Positions 49,716-64,000 of a DNA stretch of 64,000 nucleotides are shown here, one piece after another (positions within the stretch are counted from its first letter, which is position 1; each line of letters begins with the position of its first letter). Location: assembly GCA_039096225.1 (NCBI GenBank), contig JBBPEB010000009.1, positions 1,302,001 through 1,366,000 on the forward strand, written 5' to 3'. The notes under the pieces were generated by a model that was given only the letters and a program-made list of their open reading frames with translations, did no database searches and was not told where the DNA came from. The position numbers and the translations under genes are program-made. This DNA comes from Blastocystis sp. Blastoise (lineage: Eukaryota; Protista; Bigyra: Opalinata).

Positions 49716-50374
49716 CTCTTATATATCCAGAATATTTTCCTTTCCATGGAATAATACTAAGAATAGGAATTTTGATTTTATTATATTTTATATAAGATAA
49801 CTATAAAAATAATTTTTTTTTTAAATATATAATTATAATAATATTATATAATAAATACATATATTTTATATTTAAATAATAATTTTGCATAAGAATTATT
49901 TTCATTTGTTATTTTTTCTATTTTATTATTATTTTCTATATTATTATTTATTTCATTTTTATATTTCTATAATAATAATAATAATATTATATAAATATAT
50001 ACATTTTGAATATTATTTAAATCAATTTTTAATTGATTATTTTCATTTATTAAATCATTATATTTTATTTTATATATATCTTTTTCTTGTGTTAATTGAT
50101 ATTCTTTTACTAATAATTTTTGTATTTTTATTTCATATTCATTATTTTTTTTCTTTAATTCATATAATTCATTTTGTAATAAATTAATTTGTGTTTCTTT
50201 TTGAGATATTATATTATGAATTCTTTGTTCTGTTTCTTCTCTTAATTTTGTAGCATTTTCTTCAATTTGAGCAATTCTTTCATTAGAAATTTCTTTTGTA
50301 CGATTAATAACAGGTGTTATTGATATAAAATAATTTGGATTTGGTAATTCAGAAGAAAAAGAATTATTTTATTT

Positions 50375-50405
<31 letters not shown>

Positions 50406-50711
50406 AATTACTTATTTGAAATATTAGATGTTTGTAAAGATATATTTTGTTGTAATATAGAATCCATAGCTTGTTCTTTAAGTATTAATTCAGTTTTTAA
50501 CTGTTCATTTTCTTTTAATAATTCTAAATTTTGTTTTTCTATATACTATAAATAAATATAAATATAAATATAAATAAAATAAAATATATACATTATTTCT
50601 TATTTTTTCAGTTGTATATAATTTATGTAAAGATTGATTTTTTTCAATGAGATTAGGAATAATACAATCTGAAATAGTTGATATTGATACTTTAATATGA
50701 TTTGAATTCAT
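49116..50711 (-). CDS. Uncharacterised coiled-coil protein with a C-terminal globular (possibly PH-like) domain, multi-exon
   Basis: MNSNHIKV.. followed by heptad-rich exons (LLKENEQLKTELILKEQ, IAQIEENATKLREETEQR), then beta-rich exons (NRFIIHYS..IIGIQIS..EYILES), ending TAA at 49116. Confidence 0.6.
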
Positions 50712-51075
50712 TAATAAATAGATAAATAGATAAATATATTTATTTTTTTTTTATTTTAGTAAATAATAAATTAATCAAGATTATTATAATTAATTCAATA
50801 TAATTTTTATTATAATTTTTTTAAAAATTTTTAAATTTTTTTTGTTTGTGTTTGTGTTTTAATAGAAAGATTAAAGAGAAATAAATAATATTTCTTTTTA
50901 AAAAGAAATATTTTAATTTATTTCTTTATTTATTAAATTGATAATATAATAATAAATAAAATAAAAAAAAATGAATAAAAAGAAAGATATAAAAATGAAA
51001 ATAAAGAAAGAAAAATAGAATATAATAATACGAATAGAGAAATGAAGAGAATAAGAATAAATAATAGAATTATTA

Positions 51076-51148
51076 GCCCGTCTAGCTCAGTCGGTAGAGC
51101 GCCAGGCTCTTAACCTGGTGGTCGGGGGTTCGAGCCCCCCGGTGGGCG
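51076..51148 (+). tRNA. tRNA-Lys (anticodon CTT)
   Basis: GCCCGTC-TAGCTCAGTCGGTAGAGC, anticodon arm CCAGG-CTCTTAA-CCTGG, T arm GGGGG-TTCGAGC-CCCCC, acceptor 3' strand GGTGGGC, downstream T-tract. Confidence 0.97.
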
Positions 51149-51413
51149 TATTCTTTTATTTTATTTTATTCTATATTTTATTTTATTATATATTTTATTT
51201 TTATTATTTTTATTTTATTTTATTATATATTAAAATTTTTATTATATATTTTTATTATTATCATATTCATTCTTTTTATTCTTTTTATTTTTATTTTTAA
51301 TTAACTAAACTATTATTATTATTATTATAAATTATTATTATTATTATTAAAAAAAAAAGTATATAATTATAAAATATATATATATATAAAATTTAAAAAA
51401 AAAAAATTAAAAT

Positions 51414-54400
51414 TTAAGATATACTCATATATCTTTCATAAGAATCTGTTATTATTTTTGCAAATAAATGAGCAAAATCTAAATCATCTTGTATATATGT
51501 TTTTATAAATTGTTTTGGTAATAAGGAATGTAATAAATCTGCTGTAAATTCAAATGCACTATTCTCGGATACTATTTCACTATCATTTATACAATTTATT
51601 GGTATCATATAAAATTCTACATCTATATTCTTTATTATTTCTATATGTTTATCCCATATATCATCCCAATTCTCATGTGTTTCAGGATTCTCATTTAATG
51701 TACATACTTCATATATACCATGATTTGGTTGATCACCTATTATTATACCTATATGCTTATAATTATTATACGGTTCTTTATTCATTCTTATATATGCTTG
51801 CTCTATTCCTCCTTCAACATCTTCACACATTCCAGCACAACATCCTGGCATAAAACCACCTCCTTCAATCTCTACTTTATCTATATATTCTTTTAATATC
51901 TCAAAATCATCTATTATCTCGGAACAAGAAAAATGTTCTATATAATCTGGCTCATAAAAATCTCGATAACCTATAAATTGACCTACTATCTTTGATTCTT
52001 CTTTTCCAAATTTCTCTCTTATTTTTATTAATAAATCTATTATTCGTAATATATGCTTCTTTACTTCATTATAAGGTGGATTCATTGAACCTGTACAATC
52101 CATTATTATCGATAAACAAAAATCACCTTTTGATGATACTATTGGCCTTTTCTTATCTAATACCTGAAATTCATTTATATCACATTCACTTAAATCTATT
52201 GTTTTGGGTATTTCTATATTTATTCTATCTAATCCTATATTCTTATCTATATTTAATAACCATATTATTGCATTTGATATCCATCTACTTGTTCCTTTCT
52301 CTGTAAATTCTATAAATAATTTAGATGCAGCTGTATCTATTATCATTCTTCCTTCTCTTTCATTACTATTTCGTAACATTATTGAAGCATGACCTTCATG
52401 TTCACGTGCAAATACTACAAAACCATTCTCTTTTAAGGCTTCTTCATCTATACTTGCTAATGTCTTTCCTTCATATATACTAAATAATCCTGTATCTATT
52501 TTTGTCTCTATCTTATTCTTAAATAAATCTTCACCTACTGATATAAAATGACCATAATTTATCGAATTCTCTCGTCTCTGAGGATCTCTTGTCATCTCTT
52601 TTGTACCCTCTATCATTGTTTTATCCGTTATATATTCAATATTATAAAAATTATGGAAATAAATATCAGCTTCATGATTAAAAGGATAATTTTCAAGAAA
52701 CCAAAAGACACCACCACCAACACTATGGAAATAATGTAACCAATTCAAAAATGCATCAAGATATGATGTATCAGGATTTATAGCCATTTCAGGTAAAGGA
52801 TTTCCTGTTTTAGAACAAGTTATACATACTACTTTATATATACCTGTTTTAATTTGTTCTATAGCATTATAATAATCATAAACAATCTTGACATTAAATC
52901 CTTTTTGATCTCTTAATTTCTTCATTGGACTTAACATTGTTTTACCATCTCGTTTTAATCCATTTATAAATACATCTTCAGTAATAAATTCATCAGGAAT
53001 TACTCCATCTTTTCCTACTTGAATATCACTTCTTCTTAAATGTAATATAACAAATAATATACTAAAATCTTTAAATGAATGATCTTTACCTAAATCATAT
53101 TCATTACCTTCTATATTAGCTTTCATACCTTTATTAACTTCATCTGTTGTACTATTTAAATTAAATAATTGAGCACGATATTCATAAATACCATAACAAT
53201 TTGATATTTGACCAATTAAATCACGATAATGAGGTATATTTTGTATATTATTATAATCAGAAGAAGATATACCTTTATAATTATCTAATATATTATTAAT
53301 TAAATTTTGTTTTGTTTCAATATTTATATTCATAATAGCATCTCGAATTCTTTTTGGATCTTTACTCCATAAGAAATTAGGATATATATCTTTATAATCT
53401 TGTAATATATATCCTATACCTATAGCTAATGTTTGAATACTATTATTATTTATATTATTCTTTATATCTTCTTTAGTATCTTGTATTATAGTTCCATTAG
53501 TAAATATAAATAATAAACCAGGATTACTTCTTGCCATTATAGTAGCATTTGCATATTTAATACCACTTGATAATACTGTTTCATTTTGAGGTAACATTAA
53601 TTCTAATAATATATTTGTTAATATAGAACCTGTCCATAAATCAGATGAAGGTATACCACAACATATTTTATGTATAGTATTATTACATATCCATATATCT
53701 ATTTCACTTATACTCATTTCACTTATAGCTCTTAATAATAACATAATTGTTAATATAGAATGTTCTCTATTTAATTCATTAAATCCAGAAATAGAACAAT
53801 CAATAATAAAAGATACAGAATAACTACGTATTTTATTACCTGTCTTCTTTTTAAATATTTTACCATCACCTATTTTTGTAACCATATATTTAATATAATT
53901 CGATATATGTAATGAAGTACCCGTTATACTTGGAACCCATGATGTTGGCTTATTTGGTGTTAATATACTACTATTTAAAGAATAAAATAATATATCACCT
54001 GGTATATTTTCATTTAAATCACGATATAAATCATTATTACCACCATTTATAGTATAACTTAAATCTCTATCTGTTAATATAGGTAATTCATTATTCCTAT
54101 ATATCATACCTAAACTATGACTAACTATAGTTAATAAATCTTTTTGATCTTCTTTACATTTTAATAATATACTCGTTAAGTCTTCTAAATAATTAATATT
54201 TATATTATTTATTCTTCTTATATAATCATATAAATATCTTCTTGGAACTTGAGTACTATCTATTTCTTTACCATTATCTATATCATTCTTAATCTTTTCA
54301 TATTCTTTATCATCTTCTTTTTTATTTTCTTCATTAATATTATTATTATTATTATCTTTATTATTATCTTGATAATTATCATATAAATAATACATACTAT

Positions 54401-56291
54401 TATTATCTGGACTTATATTCTCTTTTACTTCATTTGTATATATATGAATACATTTCTTAGTACTATAAAAATAACGAAGATAATTAGGTATTGTTATATT
54501 AATAATATCATTTATTGTTTTCATAAAAATAATATTTTTCTCAAAATTGGTTTCTAACATTTTCTTTTGATGTCCTAAATTAATATCGTTAATAGATTCT
54601 TCTTCTATTCCTTCTATATATAGGATTAATAAATGAGGATTAATAATATTTAATATTTCTTGAATAGAAGGAACAGGAGATAATAATTGTTCACTAAAAC
54701 AATCACTAATTAATATATATAATGATTCTTCATTAAGTATAATATCATCAGTATATTTAAATATATCTAAAGGAGTAGAAGGTGTTTTTGAAATATGTTC
54801 TAAATCAAATAATTTTATTATTTTTATACGTATATCTTCATCATAATCAGAAATAAAAAACCCTTGACCTCTAGATCCTGTACAAATTATTCGAATATTT
54901 ATATTTAATTCATTACATAAATAAATAAATAAACAACCTATAATTGTTCTTAAACGAGCTTTATTTTTCTTATGAGATAAATTAGTATCTATAATTAATG
55001 TAATATTAGAAATAAATTGATTTTCTTTAAGTTCACTATTCTTTAAAGCAATATATAAATATTGAATAATAGGAAGTAAAATTTGATATATATGGTAGAC
55101 ATCTTTATCAAATAAATGTTTATCTATTGTATTAATTGCATATCGAATCAATTTAGTATCTTTTGATGAAGGTTTTACATAAATATCTTCTTTAGAACGT
55201 TCAAATATTTGTTGAATATATTCATCTAAGGAAATACTATTAAAATGTTTTAATACATCTTTTACATCAACATTTGTTATTTCTTCTTTTATTTGATCTA
55301 TTTGATCTTGAACTTTTTTATTATCTACTTTCTTATTATTATCATCACCTTTTTTCTCCATTCCTTTTCGTTCATAATCAGGTACAAAACCCATATCTCC
55401 ATTATTAATTAATTGATTTGCAATAAAATCATTAAAATTCTGATTTGCATTAATAGCATTTAAGGGTTTTCCTTCTTGACGTTGTTCTTTAGGATCTTTT
55501 TCATCATCATCATCACTATCATATATATAAGCTATTCCATTATTATCTTCTTCTTGATTATTATTATTATTATTATTATCGTTATTATTATTATCGTTAT
55601 TATTATTATTATTATTATTATCATTATTTTTATTATTATTCTTATCTTTTTCATCTGAATGATTATAAACAAAATTATATTTACTTTGTTCAGGTTTATC
55701 ATCTTTATTAAATTGATTATTATCATTATTATCATTATCAAGTGGATCTTCTTGATCTAAAATATCAGCATTTACAAGTATATTATTCTCTTCTTTTTTA
55801 TCACGTTTCCAAAATAATTTTTTACCTTGATTAAATAAACCATATATATTATCTACAAATCGATTAATAGAATCAAAATAATCTATTTTATTCTTTTGAA
55901 TATAAAATAATGCTTTTATAAAGAATTTCTTTACTTCAACATTTTTATAACATATTAAATATGGAATATGTTTATATACAGCTATATATACTTCTAATTG
56001 ATGATATAAAAAGTTATCTTTTAATTGAGAGATATCTTTATTAAAATCACCTAAAATAATTTCATTAGCTTTATATATAGAATAATCATGAACTTTTAAT
56101 GTTTTTTGTCCAGTAATAGAAAACTTTGTAGTTTGTTGAATATTATCCGAAGGACGATCATTTGTAAAATAAACATAAAAGAATTCTAAGAACTTTTGTT
56201 GATCAAGTTTTGGTTGTTTTTCTAATAATTCTAATTCTTTAATAGATAATTCTTCAATTTTTTCTAAAGGTTGCTCATTAGCATCAGCTTG

Positions 56292-56363
<72 letters not shown>

Positions 56364-59300
56364 TTTTTCTTGAGCTTCTTTAACTCGTCTTTCAATTATT
56401 TCTTTTTGTTTCTTTTGTTTTCTTTCAATTTCTTTCTGTTTTGTTTTTATATTTTGTTTAATTACTTCTAATCGTTGATTCTCTTCTATAATTTGAATAT
56501 TTCTTTCAAAATGATATTCTTCATTATTATATTCAATTACAAGTGAATCACTATTACATATAAGCATATGTTTATCTTCAGAAACATAACAATTATTATT
56601 TGTTGATAATAAATCAATAGGTCTTATAATATTAAAGAAAAGTGTAAAAGAAGAATCATTTCCATTTACTTTTATATTTATAGGTCTTCTATATTCAGTC
56701 ATTTCTTCATATATACCTAATATATGTATTTGAATAGAATAAGGATTACATAATAATTCATAATATTCTGTATTAACACCTTCTATTGGTAAATCAGATG
56801 GATTAATCACAGGAATTGTAATTATAGGATTATCTAAACCTCTATAAAAAGGAGGTAAAACAAAAACATTATTTTGAGGATATATAATATCTCTATTTGA
56901 TTTTCCAAGTATAACAATACAATCCGTAATAACATAATTATTTTGAGGAACATTAAGTATAAACTTTTCTATATCAGGTATAAATATATGATCAGAAGCA
57001 TTCTTTATTTCATTTAATACATGATTTAAAGCAATTTCAGTATTCTTTATATCATTTTCAATTGTTTTTATATTCTCCATTGTGTTTTCTCGTTTCGTTA
57101 ATAAATCATTAAAACCATCAATAGCATTTCTTAACTGTTTATTTTCCCATGTATTACCTACATAAGAATAAGGTAAATATTCTTGGCTAGGATTATTATA
57201 TTGTTTTCTTTGTTTCCTTATTAATGATTCTCTAGTAATAGGCATCAATTGACTATTTTCATTAGCTTTACTCATCTTTGATTTCTTATCAAATTTTACA
57301 GGATAATTTCTTGGGAATTCAATTGTTTTTATAGAACCATTTAATGAAGATACAGGTAAAGGATAAGATTTTCTTTTTCTATCATCAGTTAGAGATGCCA
57401 ATTTGTAAGGTATAATAGAATAATTTGCATAATAAGCAGAACTATCATCAAGGAATAAATAAGTATTTATAAACGCATGACTTTTAATATCTGATTGTTG
57501 ACATTGATAATAATTTATAGCACGGTTATAAGGAGTACTATGAATTAATAATTGAGTAGATAATTCGTTATAATCCATTTTATCCTCTGTATTATATTTA
57601 ACACCATGAGCTTTACAAAAAAATATCATATTTTCTAATAAATATCTAGTAATAGAATCACGTATATCAGTATGTCCTTTATTCTCATAAATAGTCTCTA
57701 TTGATTGATGTATCTCACAATACATATACTTTATATTAACAATATTTTTCTTTGGTTCTACTATTATATCACATGAAGATAATGGTAATACAAATAAATA
57801 TACATTATTTTCACGATGATATCCCCTAAATACTATAGGATCATAACGTACATATTCTGAATTAGGAAATAATTCAACTTTAAAAGTATTTCTTGTGAAA
57901 CCAAGGTCAGAACCACGTAAATTCATCTGAAGATTAAAAGAAACACTGGTGTCACTATTCTTGGCATATAAATATGCCACTTTTAAATAATAGGGTGTTG
58001 TAGGATTTGGAGTTAAATAGTGTTCACAATTATCAGGATTTAAATAATCATTCATTTGCATAGATGCATTAGGTTCTAATCTATGTATATTGTATATTAT
58101 ACTAATAAAACGATTAATACTTTCATGATATAAAGCTGTTATATTCGATAATTGAATTGATCTTTCCTCATTCACATCAATATTTGTATGCTTTTTCAAT
58201 TGTTCTTTTTTATTATTTATATTATTATTATAATCATTGACAATGTCATCAGCCAATTGTTCAATTTGTTCATTATATATTGGTATAGTATCTTCATATT
58301 CTTTTAATTTCTTTTTCAATTCATTTAATTCTTCAGTTTTTTTCTTAGTTTCCATGGATAATTTTGATTCTTCTTTTTGTTTATAAGCATCAATAGTTGT
58401 ATCAACACATTTTAATAAATCCTCACATTTTGTTACTCTTTTTATTTTATATTTTAAATCAGGAATATCAACTAGATTGATAGCAAAATTAATAATATCT
58501 TTATAAATAGAAGTATTATTCTTTCTCATTAAAGGACAAATTAATACTAATTTTTGGACATAATCTAGATTTGAATCCCAAATAAATTGATCTAATTCAG
58601 AAGGTTCCTTGGGTTCAAAGAATTTTAAATCAATTTTTATACAAAAAGAAGGATATATATGACCTCTTCTCATATCAACCATTTGTTTATCTTGTTTATT
58701 TAATAAACATAAATATTTTGTTTCTAATGAACGATAAGATTCACTATTAATAGATTGAATATATTGATATGCCTTGGATTGAAAAGGAATATTTCTATAT
58801 ATAAATATATTTTGTCCTCTGATTTTATCATAACCATTTCTAATCCAATTTTGATCACATTTATTACTTATAGATTTAAATTCAGTTTGATTTAATAATC
58901 CTACTTTTGATAATTCAGTGACACTCTCTAATAATGTTTCTTTAGTATATTCATTATGTATATATAAATCTTTATTTTGTATAATTTTAAATACATCTTT
59001 TGTTAAGTCAACTTTATCTGCAATTTGATTCATAAAATAATCTATATAGATTTTTAAAGATGAATAAAACATAGGAAATTGTTTTAAATTAAATAATATT
59101 AATCCTTTATCAATTTTTAATAAATCAAATAAAAAGAAATATTGAATAATAACACCTTCGGATGATGATTTTTCTTTAATAGATTTTTCAATATTAACAA
59201 TAAAATGAGAACATTCAATATATACACGAGTTTCTTTATTTTTAATACTATTATAATTAATAGTAGAACTTGATAAAAGATCAATATCTTTAAATTGATT

Positions 59301-62300
59301 ATATACATAATCACGATTTTGTTTATCATTAAAATAATTACGAAGTACACTGGCTACATCTGAATTAATACGACCAATTTGTTGTAATAAAGTATTCTGA
59401 TTATATATAATTTGTCTTTCATTCTTATCTTTTATATTTATATATTCTAAAGCATCTTCAAGGTTCTTTTTCTTTTCTTCTATTTGTTTATAATAATCAT
59501 CCTTATAGATATCATAAGATATATATTTGAATACTATATCATTCTCAATAACATCTCGATAATAACTAAGTGCCTTCGTAATAGAATTAATATTCTTTTG
59601 TAATTGTTGACTTGATATAGTATCATCAGTTTTATAATCTTTACTTTCATCAAAATACATACATAATAATGAAATAACTTCAAAGAAATGAACAATTCTC
59701 TTTATAATATCTGGTTTTTCTATATTTTTAAAGAAGTTAAAAACTTCATTAAATTGCATAAAATGTGTACCAATACGTGATAATGATAAGAATTCTCTTT
59801 CTCTTTTAATAATAAATGCTAAGGATGCTAAATATTCTAATGACAAATTTAGATCATTTAATGATAAATTATATGAATTATTATATAAATCTTTACAAAT
59901 TAATTCATATATATTATTATCAATAGATTTCTGATTATATCCATATCGATTGTTAATATAAGGAATAGTACTTTTAAGTGGCGAATTGATTAATTCTTTC
60001 TTTGTAGGTATTTCAAAAAAGTTATATAATTGCCATCTATAGAGTTCATTAAAATATAAAGTATCTTTATATAATACAGGTCTATTCTCTGTAGAACATT
60101 GAGTAATAATTTCATAAATTAAATGTAAAGGATAAACAATAATAGAATTTTTAAATAATGTTGATATTTGTTTTTCTATATTATTACATACTTGATTAGT
60201 AAAATTAGATACATGATCATTTAGTATTTTAGGCATACATTGTTTTAAAGAGCGAATACTATCTTCAATATTAGTATCACGTTCACTATTTGATAATATT
60301 TTCTGTAATATTCTTGCTGATTTATAATTGTCTTTAAAATGAGGAACTTTATCAGGATTCTTTTTAGGATAATAATTATATTCATTCATAAATGCTTCTA
60401 TTGTATCTAATTGAATTACACGCAAAGCTTTACGGAAATGTTTAGATTCTTCTATACCAAAATGAGTAGCTTTAATAATATCATTTTGATTATACAATTG
60501 ATATTTTACTATTTCTTGAACAGAAGAAACAGTTGCTAATGATTCACAAGATAAAATAATACATCTAGATAATAAAGGTGCAGGTATAGATGATATATTT
60601 GAAGAAGAAATAGTTAAAAATAAACGGAAATCAGGATGTATTTGTCGAATAGCTTTTGTTGTTGATATATTTTGTTTAAGAAAACAATTCATTTTATCTT
60701 CTTGTTCTTTATTATTCGATATATCTCTTTTATATATAGTAGGAGTATCAGATTCTAATAAAGTTAACATAGGATTATCTTGACATAAAGAATTTAATCT
60801 TTCTAAGATATCTCCTGAAACCATCTGAATATCTTCTAAAAATAACCATTTTCCATTTTCAATAGCATCAATTAAAGCACCATTTCTATATTTATAATCA
60901 GTAATAGATCCTTCATTCTCTATACTTTCATATCTACCTAATAATATACTAGTACTACTTTCTGTATTCATATGTATAGAAATAAATGGTTTATTTAATA
61001 TTTGAGCAAATTTCTTTAATGTATATGATTTACCTGAAGGTGAAGATCCATATAATATAATAGAACGAGAAGATTGATATGATAAACCTAATTTATAACA
61101 TAATATTGTTTCACTTGTAGTTAATTCTAATGAATCCATAATAAATGAATGATTATAAATATTATTAAATTTTATTTCCCAAGGACCTTTAAAAATACAT
61201 TGATTTTTTGTTTTATCACTTGAAATAGAAATAGTAAGTATATCTGACATTCCTATAGCTTTATTCATATCTTCTAAATACTCACCATTATATTTACAAC
61301 AAAATATAAGCCATAATGCAGAACGTATATCTAAAGATGAATTTAAACAAATATCAACAACTTTTAAAATATCACGTAAAGTAAATGGTATACGTGTTTG
61401 TTGAGATATTTGATAAGATGTATCTAATATATTCCATAATTGTTGTTGAAATTCAGTATTACCTAAAATAATACTATTTCTTTTCTTTGTTTCTTCATCT
61501 TCTTTTACTTTAATAACTTTACGATCATTTATTGAACTTAAATAATAACTACTTAATTGAATTAATTCTGTTTTAGAAAAATTAATACCTTTAAAATAAA
61601 TACATATAGAAATAAGATTAGAAGGTAATGTATTTCGATTAGCAGACATAGTAACAGGATTTAAGGTATTAATAATATATATTTCATTTAAATGAATATC
61701 ATCAGAACCTGGAATAGTAAATAATTTAGATTCGGATTGAATAGCACGAATTAATGTTGATATAGTATCTAATAAATCAGGAGATGCTAAATTTAATTCA
61801 TTAAAAATAAGTGCACTTGTTTTATAATCATTCTTTAAAAATGTAGTTAATGGTCCATCAATAAATTGTATACTTTGATTACTATTAAATTTATAACTAC
61901 CAAAAAGATCTTCAATAGTAATATTTTGTGCAAAATCTACAATATAATAAGGTATATTCATAGAATCAAACACTTTTAATGCATTTTCAGATTTACCTAT
62001 ACCTGGTGCTCCTTCTAATAATAATGGTATATGAGTAATAATAGATAAATAAATAGCTATAAATATATGAACAGTAGTAGGTACAGGATATATAATATGA
62101 TGTAAATTAGAAGAAGTAATATCATTATTTGAATTTAATAAATTAAAAAATTGTTCAACTATTTCTTTATGAAAACATTTTTGAATCGATAATTTATAAT
62201 TATTATATATATGTAATGGATCTTGTTGACTTTCTTTAAAGAAATCATTACAATAAGATGATTTCATTGGATAACAGAAATCAATTATATCTTGTGATGG

Positions 62301-64000
62301 TTTATATTTAATAGTATTATTCATAAATGAATTATATAATTGAACTCGTTCATATTCATCAGATATACAATATTCCATAAAAAATAATGCATCAGAAGAA
62401 TTATTAAAATATTGTATTAATTGATTTGTTATAGATAATAAAGAAAAAGAAGTTATTGAAGAAGGAAGTAATTTAAATAATGATTGTATTTCTTGTTCTG
62501 TAAATGGTTGACATAAAATAGAAATAAAATCATTTTTTAATGAAAAATTAAAATATTGATTACTATCTATAGTAGATATTAATAATGGAGGATTCTTTAA
62601 TGTATTATATAAACTATCTGTACAATCTTCATAAAATACATGCATTTGATCATAATGTAATAACATTTTTAATCTTGGGAATATAGAATCATTCATTAAA
62701 TCAATATTTTCTAAAAGAATAGGTCGATCTAAAAGAATACCTTTCGTAATACTGCCAGGATTAAATAATATAGATGATGATTTTTCATTATTAAATGTCG
62801 ATAATAATTGTTTTAGAGTATTTCCCCATAAAATTCTATTTCTTTCAGGTAATACAATAGAATGTTCTTTAGAATGAACAATATTATTATAAGTAATTTG
62901 TATTTCTGTTTCATTAGAAAGTGTTGTAAATCCAATTAAATGTGTTCCTTCTAAAGAACGAGATAATTCTATAGAATATATATCTGGATATATATATTGA
63001 ATAACTTTATTTTTATAATTTTCAGAACCTACTAATAATATAGGATATTCATATAATATCATTCCTATACGAAATAATGATTCATTTAACCATATATATG
63101 ATTCAATATCTTTATGATAATAAGGTATATATACTTCAAGAGATCCTTTTACTAAATGATAATATGATATATCATCAAAATCATCATATTGTTCTATAGA
63201 GAATAAAATAGCTTTATACATATGAATAGGAATAAAAGAAGATCGTTCCATAAATTCATTCTTAGAACAATGAATTATTTCTATATTAACAGGTGATGCT
63301 AATATTTCCATAATCATTGAATTTGGATAATGTTTAGATATATATTGTAATGTAGAAGGTTGAACTTGATATAAACATATAATAGAAAGAATAGATATAG
63401 GTATTTTAAATAATGATTGTATATGTTTAAATTTTATTAATGATGATAATGATATTTCAGGATAAGATAATAAATAATATAAATTTATACCATTATTATT
63501 CTTTTCTTTTTTAGATTTTTCATTATCTTTTTTATCATTATTATTATTATTATTATTTTCTTCTATATAATAATCATTATCCTTTGGATATAATGTATGA
63601 ATAATTTGATATTTTTCTTCTGGTGTATAAGGTGATAATACATAATGAATAATATAATTAGGAAATTGATGAGAAATAGATGTAACTTGACATGAATATA
63701 AAAATATCATTTTAAATTGTGGATGTATCTTATGTTCTACACCAGAAAATATAAATGTATCTTCAATAGGATTACAAAATAATTGAAATGATTGAAATAA
63801 ATCATTTGTTAAATATTCACTATGATCAATAACAACAATAAATCCAGATTCAATATATTTTAATAATAATCCATCATGATATATACCATCACTAGTATAA
63901 AAACCCATTAGTTGATTTAATTCTGTATCATTTGATAATGTTAATATCTTTATTTGGGGTATATGTAATATATTTACTAATGTATTTATTATATATGATT
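51414..64000 (-). CDS. Giant midasin-like AAA+/multi-VWA protein (paralogue B), 5' part beyond the window edge
   Basis: The frame stays open to base 64000 (..SYIINTL..LSNDTELNQLMG aligns with AAA3 of paralogue A). It shares LEGAPGIGKS, ELNLASP, FTLRDILK, YGSSPSGKS, DILERLN, GRGQGF/GSRGQGF, KTPSxP, GxGKxFKKK, YDLGKD, GGGxFWxLENYP, GRMIxDTAASKLF and GTxRWISNA with A, and ends in a VWA (MDCTGSM, GYRD, EDVEGG, GDQPNHG). Confidence 0.9.

Noticed and set aside
51118-51300. 60-aa ORF MVGGSSPPVG..
   Set aside because: It overlaps tRNA-Lys and its T-rich trailer.
51076-51414. tRNA-Lys as an integration site for giant gene B
   Set aside because: No duplicated tRNA 3' end, target-site duplication or integrase was seen, and paralogue A has no adjacent tRNA.

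Overview
Very AT-rich eukaryotic (protist-like) nuclear DNA with many short GT-AG introns full of (TA)n/(AAT)n tracts, so most short ORFs in the track are intron or low-complexity artefacts. The gene style suggests a Blastocystis-like anaerobic stramenopile, but that is inference only. Manual splicing supports: a DUF4954-like beta-helix protein, an intronless papain-family protein lacking all three catalytic residues, a GT61-like glycosyltransferase, tRNA-Gly(TCC), Hikeshi/OPI10, a probable LRR pseudogene, a multi-pass membrane protein, a degenerate pepsin-like membrane protein, TGS1, an AMSH/STAMBP-type JAMM deubiquitinase, a Myb/SANT-like protein, a coiled-coil protein and tRNA-Lys(CTT). The dominant feature is two co-oriented giant paralogues (16626-36401 and 51414->64000, minus strand). 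Both have a midasin-type AAA+ array (six modules in A; modules 3-6 visible in B), a highly divergent central region and a tail not found in canonical midasin: VWA-like, VWA-like, a conserved alpha/beta domain and a vwkA-type VWA. The AAA-to-VWA part lies in one intron-free exon (14.6 kb in A, at least 12.5 kb in B); in A it is spliced onto an intron-dense N-terminus. This family is the best candidate for an undescribed system. Exon boundaries were read by eye and no database searches were run.
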